A stretch of DNA of 64,000 nt, taken from assembly GCA_030655145.1 (NCBI GenBank), contig JAURWD010000291.1:1181-65180 (forward strand). The letters run 5' to 3'. Below the pieces are notes generated by a model. It searched no databases, was not told where the DNA came from, and saw only the letters and a program-made list of their open reading frames with translations. Within the stretch, counting starts at the first letter, position 1; every line of letters begins with the position of its first letter. This document shows, one piece after another, positions 56,982 to 64,000 of this stretch. The position numbers were made by a program, and so were the translations under genes. The DNA is from Ferruginibacter sp. Lineage in GTDB: Bacteria; Bacteroidota; Bacteroidia; Chitinophagales; Chitinophagaceae.

Positions 56982-57147
56982 AATATTTTATTTAAACACA
57001 AATATGAAAACCGGCTGGCCGTGGTGCAAATTATTTACATAAGGAGGAACAAATGCTTGATGAAGGGATCAAGCATTTCGTCAGCTAAACGATGCATTAG
57101 ATGTAATGGCTTTTCGCATTTCAGTTTTATCTCTCTAATATTGTTTT

Positions 57148-58164
57148 ATGCATACGGCGGCTTTTTTTATAAAGTATAAAATTCATCACCTTGTCTTTTG
57201 GATCATGCTGTTTGGCCTATGGTACTTTCTGCGTTATGAAGATTATTCCACAACAGCACGGGCCTTCCAGGTAACGCTGATAAAAGTTGTTGACCTGGCG
57301 CTCATGATCACGATCACCAATTATATCCTGATCCCCAAGCTGCTTTACCGAAAAAGATATTTGTTGTTTACCTGCTGTTTCGTGTTGTTAGTGGTAACCA
57401 GTAGTGTGCTAAAAATGCAAGTGCTTGGACGCTTAATGAATAATCCTGCCTTGTTCGAATTTGCCGGAAATGTGAAGGCAAGAATTTACGATAATGTGAT
57501 ACCACACTTTTTCCTCGTGATCGCCGGTGCGGCCATAAAACTAATGCTCGATTATGGTGACTTGCAACAACGCATGGCCGACACTGCCCGCGAAAAAGCA
57601 GAGGCCGAGCTGAACTTCCTTAAGTCGCAGATCAACCCACATTTTTTATTTAATTCACTCAACTCGGTCTACTTCCTGATTGATAAAAGCAATCCCGGTG
57701 CCCGCAACGCCTTGCACAAATTTTCCGATATGTTGCGGTACCAGTTGTACGAAATGAATGATGACCGCATCCCCATTGAGAAAGAGATTAAATACCTGCA
57801 GGATTACGTGGATCTCCAGCGGCTGCGCACTGATGAAAATTTTGAAGTTAACATGGAGATCGACCCGACGGTAAAGGGATTTTCTATTGAGCCATTGTTG
57901 CTGATTCCTTTTGTTGAGAATGCGTTCAAACATATTTCTCACGGCCCAAAGAACTTCATCAACATTGAAATGAATCATACCGCAGATGAGTTTTTTTTCG
58001 AAGCGATCAATTCGAAAGAGGCAATGCAGAGCGATAATAATCATAAAGGCATTGGGTTGGAGAATGTACAACGAAGACTGGCACTCTTATACCCTGGAAA
58101 ACACCACCTGCAGGTTAATGATAGTGATACGACATTCAAGATTCACCTTTCAATAAAGCTCTAA
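57148..58164 (+). CDS. LytS/YehU-type sensor histidine kinase
   Basis: N-terminal TM helices are followed by the His_kinase internal region (LKSQINPHFLFNSLNSV). The ATPase N-box-like motif is FVENAFKH, followed by GIGLENV. Confidence 0.9.
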   Translation: MHTAAFFIKYKIHHLVFWIMLFGLWYFLRYEDYSTTARAFQVTLIKVVDLALMITITNYILIPKLLYRKRYLLFTCCFVLLVVTSSVLKMQVLGRLMNNPALFEFAGNVKARIYDNVIPHFFLVIAGAAIKLMLDYGDLQQRMADTAREKAEAELNFLKSQINPHFLFNSLNSVYFLIDKSNPGARNALHKFSDMLRYQLYEMNDDRIPIEKEIKYLQDYVDLQRLRTDENFEVNMEIDPTVKGFSIEPLLLIPFVENAFKHISHGPKNFINIEMNHTADEFFFEAINSKEAMQSDNNHKGIGLENVQRRLALLYPGKHHLQVNDSDTTFKIHLSIKL

Positions 58165-58173
58165 TTTCACCAC

Positions 58174-58893
58174 ATGCGCATTCGCTGTATAATCATTGAT
58201 GATGAGCCCCTTGCCCGCCGGGGCCTGAAGGAGTATATTGATGAGGTTGAATTTTTGGAATGCGTGGGCGACTTTGATGCTGCGTTGAAAGCAACAGAAC
58301 TGATAGCCAGCGGCGAGGTTCAGTTGATTTTCCTTGACATTCAAATGCCCCGGATCACCGGGCTTGACTTTATTCGCACGCTTCCGCAAGCACCCCCGGT
58401 GATATTCACTACCGCTTATCCCAATCATGCGCTCGAAGGTTTCGAGGTAAATGCCCTCGATTACCTCGTAAAGCCGATCTCATTTGAACGTTTTTTAAAG
58501 GCCGCGCTAAAAGCAAAGGAATATTATTCCCTGCGGGAAAAAGAACTGGCTGAACCCCGTGGTGGTACAGATCATTTCTATATTAAGTCTGACAACAAAC
58601 TGGTGAAGATCGCTTTCGATGACATTTTGTTTGTTGAGGGATTACAGAACTATGTTTGTATTCACACCAGTGCAAAAAAATACGTTACCTACCTTACTTT
58701 TAAAGCCGTGGATGAGTACCTGCCAGCCGCCCAATTTTTAAAAGTCCATAAATCTTACCTGGTTGCAGCAGCGCAGGTTGACAGCATCGAAGGGAACGAG
58801 GTGATCATCGGGCAGCATCATATTCCCATCAGTCGGAACCTGAAAGATGAAGTAATGGAAAAGCTGTTGGGTGGAAGGTTCTTAAAACGCTAG
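58174..58893 (+). CDS. LytTR-family response regulator
   Basis: The REC domain is present (CIIIDDEPLAR, IFLDIQMP, DYLVKP). The C-terminal LytTR DNA-binding domain follows (VHKSYLV...). Confidence 0.92.
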   Translation: MRIRCIIIDDEPLARRGLKEYIDEVEFLECVGDFDAALKATELIASGEVQLIFLDIQMPRITGLDFIRTLPQAPPVIFTTAYPNHALEGFEVNALDYLVKPISFERFLKAALKAKEYYSLREKELAEPRGGTDHFYIKSDNKLVKIAFDDILFVEGLQNYVCIHTSAKKYVTYLTFKAVDEYLPAAQFLKVHKSYLVAAAQVDSIEGNEVIIGQHHIPISRNLKDEVMEKLLGGRFLKR

Positions 58894-59072
58894 CCTGCTA
58901 TCCCAAGTCAGGTTTTGAAGGCTTTTTCTCGTTCTTGTAAAAGAATTTCCCCAGTTTCTAAATTGTCTCCGCTCGCTTCGGCCTCATCGCTTCCGGCCGG
59001 GAAAACTTTGCAAATTATTTATGCCCATTTTAGCCAAGTTGTTTTTAGATTTATGCTCCCAAAATCATCTAT

Positions 59073-59432
59073 ATGACCATTCATGAAATTGCCGATCGCC
59101 TGGTTCAGTTGTGTGCCCGCGGTCAGTTTGAAGAAGCACAAAAAGAACTTTTTGCTGACGATGCTGTCAGCCTGGAACCATATGCTACGCCGGCGTTTGA
59201 AAAAGAGACAAGAGGTTTGCCCGCGATCCAGGAGAAAATCCGGAAGTTTAACGATATGGTACAAACCATGCACAACCTGGAGGTGTCGCCACCACTCGTC
59301 GCGACAGAAAGTTTCGCCGTCACCATGCGTCTTGACGTTACAATGAAGGAGCAGGGAAAAATGGACATGACTGAGCTATGCTTATACAAGGTTAAAGACG
59401 GCAAGATCATTTCCGAAGAATTCTTTATTTAG
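59073..59432 (+). CDS. SnoaL-like / NTF2-fold protein
   Basis: The 119-aa product has the typical N-terminus (IADRLVQLCARGQFEEAQKELFADDAVSLEP) and an alpha+beta cone pattern. Confidence 0.8.
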   Translation: MTIHEIADRLVQLCARGQFEEAQKELFADDAVSLEPYATPAFEKETRGLPAIQEKIRKFNDMVQTMHNLEVSPPLVATESFAVTMRLDVTMKEQGKMDMTELCLYKVKDGKIISEEFFI

Positions 59433-59560
59433 CTCCAGGTCTTCAATTATTAGTTGTTTTCCTGTACCGTCTTCAAAAACTTCTCCACCGGTTTTTTTCG
59501 AATGATCCTGTTCCGAAAAGTTTGGTATTATTTTTTACGCGAAAGGTTAAAATATTCTAT

Positions 59561-59857
59561 ATGATCTACAAAGGAAAAGATCCAATTGAAGGAACCGACA
59601 AAACCAGCGAGCAACTGTTTGCCGATGAAAAAACGGATGAGAAGATCCGCCGCCATTTCTCCGATATCAACGACGTGATCACGGAAGCGGATATTGAAAA
59701 TGTGAAAACAAATTTTGGTGAAGCCGGTACCACCCTGGATACGAACCTGCCCTTGACCAGGCCTGCGGATAAACAGGAAAGCAATGCCGGGGAAGAAGAA
59801 AGTGAAGAACAGGAAACCACTCCCGTGGTAACTCCCTGGAACGTTATAAAACCCTAA
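59561..59857 (+). CDS. Acidic hypothetical protein (98 aa)
   Basis: This ATG-initiated ORF has protein-like composition (MIYKGKDPIEGTDK...EEESEEQETTPVVTPWNVIKP). I prefer it over its antisense shadow ORFs. No family was recognised. Confidence 0.5.
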   Translation: MIYKGKDPIEGTDKTSEQLFADEKTDEKIRRHFSDINDVITEADIENVKTNFGEAGTTLDTNLPLTRPADKQESNAGEEESEEQETTPVVTPWNVIKP

Positions 59858-59889
59858 GATAAAGTTGTGGAGGCCACACTCCTTATGGT

Positions 59890-59927
59890 ATAAATAAAAG
59901 AAGGTTTTGGTGTAAACCAAAACCTTC
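59890..59927 (-). terminator. Intrinsic terminator (expression platform of the TPP riboswitch)
   Basis: On the minus strand, the 11-bp stem GAAGGTTTTGG/CCAAAACCTTC has a 6-nt loop and is followed by TTTTATTTAT. Confidence 0.85.
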
Positions 59928-59929
59928 GT

Positions 59930-60020
59930 GTTTCAATCACTCCCTTCGACGGAATTACCCGTATCAGGTTCAAAGGGTCTGCTCTCAGGTTGAACTTTAA
60001 ACCACCCCTTATCAAGAAAC
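59930..60020 (-). promoter_or_regulatory. TPP (THI-box) riboswitch aptamer
   Basis: The minus-strand read is GGGGUGG-UUUAAAGUUCAA-CCUGAGA-GCAG-ACCC-UUUG-AACCUGAU-ACGGGUAAUUCCGU-CGAAGGGA. It matches the conserved THI-box blocks (GGGGUG, CUGAGA, ACCC, AACCUGAU, UAAU loop, CG.AGGGA). P2, P3, P4 and P5 pairings can all be drawn. Confidence 0.85.
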
Positions 60021-60092
60021 TATTTTAAAAGTTCAAAAAACATGCCATCGGACTTTTCTAAGGCATACATTTTTGCACATTTTAATTCAGGA

Positions 60093-60506
60093 TTAGATCG
60101 TGCTGGTTTCTTTCATTCCGAGTTGGGCCCGAAATCTCGCGATGGTATTTTGCGCTTCGAGTAACCTTATTTTTAGCGCGTGAATTTCTGGTTCGCCAGC
60201 AAGCAACAAGGCTTCGGTTTCTTCATTGCTCCGCTGCAAAAGAAGAATGTCTTCATCGAGTATCTTGTTCAACTCCTCAGCCTGTTTTAATTTCTTCGAA
60301 TGCTCTAACTCTGCTGCCATTTTAAATTGATGCACCTGCACATTCTCTTTTTGCAAGGTCTCTTTCATCAACCGCTCGCTTTCCAGGTAGCCTTGGGTAC
60401 TCTTCTGAAGTTTCGCCAGCTTCATGAGGGTGATCGTGCGTATGATCCAGGCAGCGCCGAATCCCACAATAAATGCGATGCCGGCGTAGATATATGTTTG
60501 TACCAA
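60093..60506 (-). CDS. Membrane-anchored coiled-coil hypothetical protein
   Basis: One N-terminal TM helix (YIYAGIAFIVGFGAAWII) is followed by ~100 aa of heptad-like charged sequence. The ORF opens with TTG, so the start is uncertain. Confidence 0.5.
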   Translation of the reverse strand: MVQTYIYAGIAFIVGFGAAWIIRTITLMKLAKLQKSTQGYLESERLMKETLQKENVQVHQFKMAAELEHSKKLKQAEELNKILDEDILLLQRSNEETEALLLAGEPEIHALKIRLLEAQNTIARFRAQLGMKETSTI

Positions 60507-60887
60507 TGTATTCCCGATTTAAACTGGCAGACCAAAATGATTTACCAGTGGATGATTATTTGTAAGCCCGACTAAGGATAATTCGAATGGCATCTCTTGC
60601 CAAAATTTATGCCGGATGAGGTTTCCAGGGATCTGTTGTTTTCCCTTTTGATAGGATACTGATGGGATAAAATCGCTGTAAAATTAAAAAACAAAAACTA
60701 CGAATGTCATTTATCTCCCTAAAAAATTGACAAACAAACAAAAGAGGAAATTTTTTCAGTAAAACATAAAGCGTTAACTGGTTGTATTTGTAGGTCTGCA
60801 TAGTGAGCTATACTGTTCACAGAACAGTTAACAGAACCCGGCCTCCTAAGTTGTTTTCTGTATATTAGCCCCCCAAAACTTTACTTC

Positions 60888-62528
60888 ATGATTAAAATAA
60901 GCGCAGCTTTTTTTTGTAACCTGGTGTTAATTGCTGCAGTTGCCCAGGGGCAGGAAAATTATTCCAACTTTTCCGGCCAATTGAGCCGGTTGTCGGCCCT
61001 GTCTAAGTCCTACCCACAATTGACGAGGCTAACCTCTCTTACAAAAACTGCCGGTGGAAAGGACATTTGGCAACTAACGCTCGGCTCTGGCAATGTTGAT
61101 CAAAAGCCCGCCATTGTCATCGCGGGTGGGGTAGAAGGCAACCACGTCCTCGGCACGGAGCTGGCCATAAGTTTCGCGGAGAACCTGTTGAAGGGTTCCG
61201 GCTCAGACAGCATCAAAGCATTGTTAGCAAAGACAACCTTTTACATCTTCCCCAACCTGTCTCCAGATGCGATGGAACAGTTTTTCGACAAAATGAAATA
61301 CGCCCGCCAGGGGAATGCAACCAGCACGGATGATGACCGCGATGGCCGATCAAATGAAGATGGTTTTGAAGACCTGGATGGAAATGGAAAGATCACCTGG
61401 ATGCGCATTGAGTCACCGGTTGGCGATTATAAAACGCATCCTGACGATGTGCGGGTACTGGTAAAAGCAGATGCCGCAAAAGGCGAGCAGGGTAAATACC
61501 TGGTCAGATCGGAGGGCAGCGATAATGATAAGGACGGTGAATTCAACGAGGACGGTGCAGGCGGTGTGTGGTTCAACAAGAACCTCAGTTACAAACATCC
61601 ATCATTTACCCAAGGCTCCGGAGAGTTTGCTGTTTCTGAACTAGAGACAAGGGCAGTGCTCGATTACCTGTACGATCGCTTCAATGTGTACGCGGTGGTG
61701 AGTTTCGGAAGCCTGAATAACCTAAGCAATCCTTACACTTTTACCGCAGCAACTGCCACTCAACCAAGGGTAGCAAGCTGGCTGGAGGCGGATGTAAAAG
61801 TCAATACAATGGTCTCTGATCTTTACACCAAACAATTGACTGCAAAAGATGCTCCCAAGACCACTGAAGCGGGTGGCGATTTTTTATCCTGGGCCTATTA
61901 TCATTATGGCCGCTACAGTTTCAGCACACCGGGATGGTGGGTTCCAAAAACAAAACCCGACTCGTTGAAAAATGAAAAGGCCTTTGCGGTCGATGATGTG
62001 GGCGCACATTATTTTCGGTGGGTAGCCCAACAAAATCTGAAGCCGGAGTTTACAGAATGGAAGACAATAACACACCCCGATTTCCCCGGTCAAAAAGTGG
62101 AGGTTGGTGGACTTGATCCATTCGCGCTGTATACGCCTCCATTCAACCTGGTGGCGGGCATCGCTAAAAAGCATACAGAGTTTTTGGTGAAACTAGCCGC
62201 TCTTCAACCGGAGATCGACATTATAAATATCAAGACTGAAAAGCCGGGTAGCGGATTGACCAGGGTAACAGTTGACATAATCAATAAAGGCGCCCTGGCC
62301 TCGCCTTCAAAACTGGGTGAGCGCAGTTACTTTGTGAAACGGATCAACGTAAAAATAAGTGTCAACGGAAATCAATCAGTGATCAGCGGGCGCAAAATAC
62401 AGGTGCTGAATTCATTGGATGGTTATGGTTCTCAAAAATTATCCTGGCTTATCAAAGGCACCGGCAAGGTTGTTTTGGAAGCCGGCAGTCCGACCACGGG
62501 AAGTAAAACAATCGAAATCAATCTTTAA
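60888..62528 (+). CDS. M14 carboxypeptidase-like protein, apparently lacking the canonical zinc ligands
   Basis: A signal peptide is present. It aligns by eye with the downstream M14 paralog, including an Asp-rich insert (DDDRDGRSNEDGFEDLDGNGKITWMR). It has VEGNH where the paralog has IHSNE, and SFGS where the paralog has SYHN. Confidence 0.8.
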   Translation: MIKISAAFFCNLVLIAAVAQGQENYSNFSGQLSRLSALSKSYPQLTRLTSLTKTAGGKDIWQLTLGSGNVDQKPAIVIAGGVEGNHVLGTELAISFAENLLKGSGSDSIKALLAKTTFYIFPNLSPDAMEQFFDKMKYARQGNATSTDDDRDGRSNEDGFEDLDGNGKITWMRIESPVGDYKTHPDDVRVLVKADAAKGEQGKYLVRSEGSDNDKDGEFNEDGAGGVWFNKNLSYKHPSFTQGSGEFAVSELETRAVLDYLYDRFNVYAVVSFGSLNNLSNPYTFTAATATQPRVASWLEADVKVNTMVSDLYTKQLTAKDAPKTTEAGGDFLSWAYYHYGRYSFSTPGWWVPKTKPDSLKNEKAFAVDDVGAHYFRWVAQQNLKPEFTEWKTITHPDFPGQKVEVGGLDPFALYTPPFNLVAGIAKKHTEFLVKLAALQPEIDIINIKTEKPGSGLTRVTVDIINKGALASPSKLGERSYFVKRINVKISVNGNQSVISGRKIQVLNSLDGYGSQKLSWLIKGTGKVVLEAGSPTTGSKTIEINL

Positions 62529-62546
62529 CCAGTAGCCACCATTCTC

Positions 62547-64000
62547 ATGAAAATATTTACCAGCTATTTTTTCCGCATACTGTTCAGCCTGGCAATCATT
62601 CAGCCCGCGGCTGCCCAAACCGCCAGCCAGTTATTTAAAGCCTCTGGTTCACCCGTGAATCCGAAGGTTCCCATGAGCTGGAACCGTTTCAATGACCATG
62701 CAGGCATCTCCGAGATCTGCAAAAAGATCGCGGCTGCTCATCCCAACCTCGCGAAATTGCAATCCATCGGTAAGTCTTTTAAGGGCCGTGATATCTGGTG
62801 CCTCACCATTACTGATTTTAAATCGGGCGAAGCCGATAAAAAACCCGGGATGTACATTGACGGCAATATCCACAGCAACGAGGTGCAGGGAAGTGAGTTT
62901 GCGCTGTATACCGCCTGGTACCTCACCGAAACTTTCCAGGATACGAAGTTTGTGCGGGAACTCTTGGCCGATAAGGTTTTTTACATTGTTCCAACGATCA
63001 ACCCTGACGGTCGCGACAGTTATTTTCACGAGCCAAATACGAGTAACTCTCCACGTTCCGGTGTTTTGCCGGTGGATAACGACCGCGATGGGCAAGTGGA
63101 TGAAGATGGCTACGATGACCTGGATAAAGACAATGAGATCCTGAGCATGCGCCGGAAAGATCCGAACGGTCGCTATCGAATTGACCCGATGGATCCGTCG
63201 CGGATGATCCGCGTAGGCCCCGATGAAAAAGGAACGCACGAATTACTAGGGCTCGAAGGTATAGACAATGATGGCGATGGTGCGGTTAACGAAGATGGCT
63301 ACACGTTTGAATATGACCCTAACCGCGACTGGGGTTGGGGATGGCAGCCGAATTACATTCAAAATGGAGCTTACAAGTATCCCTTTTCCTTACCCGAAAA
63401 TCGCGCTGTGATGGAATTTGTGATGAAGCATCCCAACATAGCGGCGGCGCAGTCGTACCATAACGCCGGGGGTATGATCTTACGCGGACCGGGTGATCCC
63501 AACGACCTGGTCACCTACAATGCCCAGGATGTACAGGTTTATGATGTGATCGCGAAAAAGGGAGAGGAGTTGATCCCGGGTTATAAATACCTCGTTGTTT
63601 ATAAAGACCTGTATTCTGCTTACGGTGGCGAGTTGGATTGGTTCTATGGCGGCCGTGGCATTTACACTTACTCGAACGAGTTGTGGACGCCGTATCTCAT
63701 GTTTAATAAGGACGCAACACGTGATCCACTGGATAATACTTCGTTCCAGTTTGACCGGTATTTACTTTTTAAAGATGCCTTTGTAGAATGGCATGAATAC
63801 GATCATCCACAATATGGCAGGATTGAGATCGGGGGTTTTAAGAAAAATTTCGGCCGGGCACATCCGGGCTTTTTACTCGAAAGTGATGCACACCGCAATA
63901 TGTCATTCACCATTTACCATGCTTATCACACGCCACTGTTAGCAGTTGACACTATTTTGGAAAAAGATTTGGGTAATGGCCTGAAGGAAGTTACGGCCAC
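62547..64000 (+). CDS. M14-family metallocarboxypeptidase (3' end truncated by the window)
   Basis: The frame is open from the ATG at 62547 to the window end, so it is missing from the ORF track; I translated it by hand and found no stop. It has a signal peptide, the HxxE zinc motif (GNIHSNEVQG), the second His region (AAQSYHNAGG) and the insert DNDRDGQVDEDGYDDLDKDNEI. Confidence 0.85.
   Translation, partial: MKIFTSYFFRILFSLAIIQPAAAQTASQLFKASGSPVNPKVPMSWNRFNDHAGISEICKKIAAAHPNLAKLQSIGKSFKGRDIWCLTITDFKSGEADKKPGMYIDGNIHSNEVQGSEFALYTAWYLTETFQDTKFVRELLADKVFYIVPTINPDGRDSYFHEPNTSNSPRSGVLPVDNDRDGQVDEDGYDDLDKDNEILSMRRKDPNGRYRIDPMDPSRMIRVGPDEKGTHELLGLEGIDNDGDGAVNEDGYTFEYDPNRDWGWGWQPNYIQNGAYKYPFSLPENRAVMEFVMKHPNIAAAQSYHNAGGMILRGPGDPNDLVTYNAQDVQVYDVIAKKGEELIPGYKYLVVYKDLYSAYGGELDWFYGGRGIYTYSNELWTPYLMFNKDATRDPLDNTSFQFDRYLLFKDAFVEWHEYDHPQYGRIEIGGFKKNFGRAHPGFLLESDAHRNMSFTIYHAYHTPLLAVDTILEKDLGNGLKEVTA

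Noticed and set aside
59528-59920. I considered the 130-aa minus-strand ORF (and the 84-aa ORF 59566..59820) as the gene controlled by the TPP riboswitch.
   Set aside because: The ORF starts at a TTG inside the terminator hairpin and has no N-terminal ATG. Its Phe/Gly/Ile-rich composition is typical of an antisense shadow of the acidic plus-strand ORF. It shows no resemblance to thiamine genes.
59930-60010. I first read the long imperfect hairpin as a 4.5S/SRP RNA, because it contains the segments GAACCUGAU and GAAGGGAG.
   Set aside because: The SRP domain IV consensus (AGGUCAGGUCCGGAAGGAAGCAGCC) does not fit. The same blocks match the THI-box consensus exactly (CUGAGA, ACCCUUUGAACCUGAU, UAAU loop, CG.AGGGA).
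60813-60827. I considered reading the CTGTTCACAGAACAG palindrome as a LexA SOS box.
   Set aside because: It gives CTGT-N7-ACAG, not the CTGT-N8-ACAG spacing of the gamma-proteobacterial box. Bacteroidota LexA motifs differ, and no DNA-repair gene is adjacent. It is kept only as a generic inverted repeat.
62649-63239. I considered the 196-aa minus-strand ORF and the 150-aa plus-strand ORF 62692..63144 as genes.
   Set aside because: Both lie inside the hand-translated open frame of the second M14 peptidase (62547 to the window end). That frame has clear family motifs, so these are shadow or alternate-frame ORFs.

Overview
This 64-kb chromosomal window reads as a Bacteroidota genome, probably Chitinophagia- or Sphingobacteriia-like. 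That assignment is an inference from gene content: type III glutamine synthetase, LptF/G, lipoproteins with Cys-containing signal peptides, no Shine-Dalgarno dependence, and glycoside-hydrolase clusters. Coding density is high, and I saw no rRNA, tRNA, CRISPR array, transposase or integrase.

Gene content falls into six groups:
- Housekeeping genes: rsmG, tgt, proC, purL, glnN, lpxB, msrB and an LptF/G permease.
- An ~10.9-kb, 11-gene, translationally coupled minus-strand operon (12652-23567) with a MarR gene directly upstream.
- A five-gene, co-directional glycoside-hydrolase block (GH31 with a PA14 insert, GH2, GH9, a clan GH-A enzyme, GH2; 28769-40834) that looks like a xyloglucan-type debranching set but has no SusC/SusD pair in view.
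- A phosphorelay locus (REC-only protein, sigma-54 enhancer-binding response regulator, multi-PAS hybrid kinase with Hpt).
- A LytS/LytTR pair, two LOG-family paralogs and several GNATs.
- A tandem pair of M14 peptidase-like genes; the second runs off the window end.

The 11-gene operon is the stand-out. It joins a serine-palmitoyltransferase-like alpha-oxoamine synthase, a GNAT-like N-acyltransferase and an SDR reductase (a bacterial ceramide-type triad) to a full inositol-lipid module. That module holds myo-inositol-1-phosphate synthase, a PgpA-like phosphatase, a CDP-alcohol phosphatidyltransferase, a PAP2/IPC-synthase-like enzyme and a fatty-acid hydroxylase. Three genes of unknown role are embedded in it: a GtrA-like protein, a small secreted protein and an 848-aa outer-membrane-barrel-like protein. 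I read this as a self-contained inositol-phosphorylceramide pathway with uncharacterised accessory or export components.

The second stand-out is a textbook TPP (THI-box) riboswitch plus intrinsic terminator on the minus strand (59890-60020). It has no downstream thiamine gene and points antisense into plus-strand genes.

An 811-bp ORF-poor gap (24116-24926) carries tandem motif-plus-hairpin modules and may encode an ncRNA or a micro-protein.
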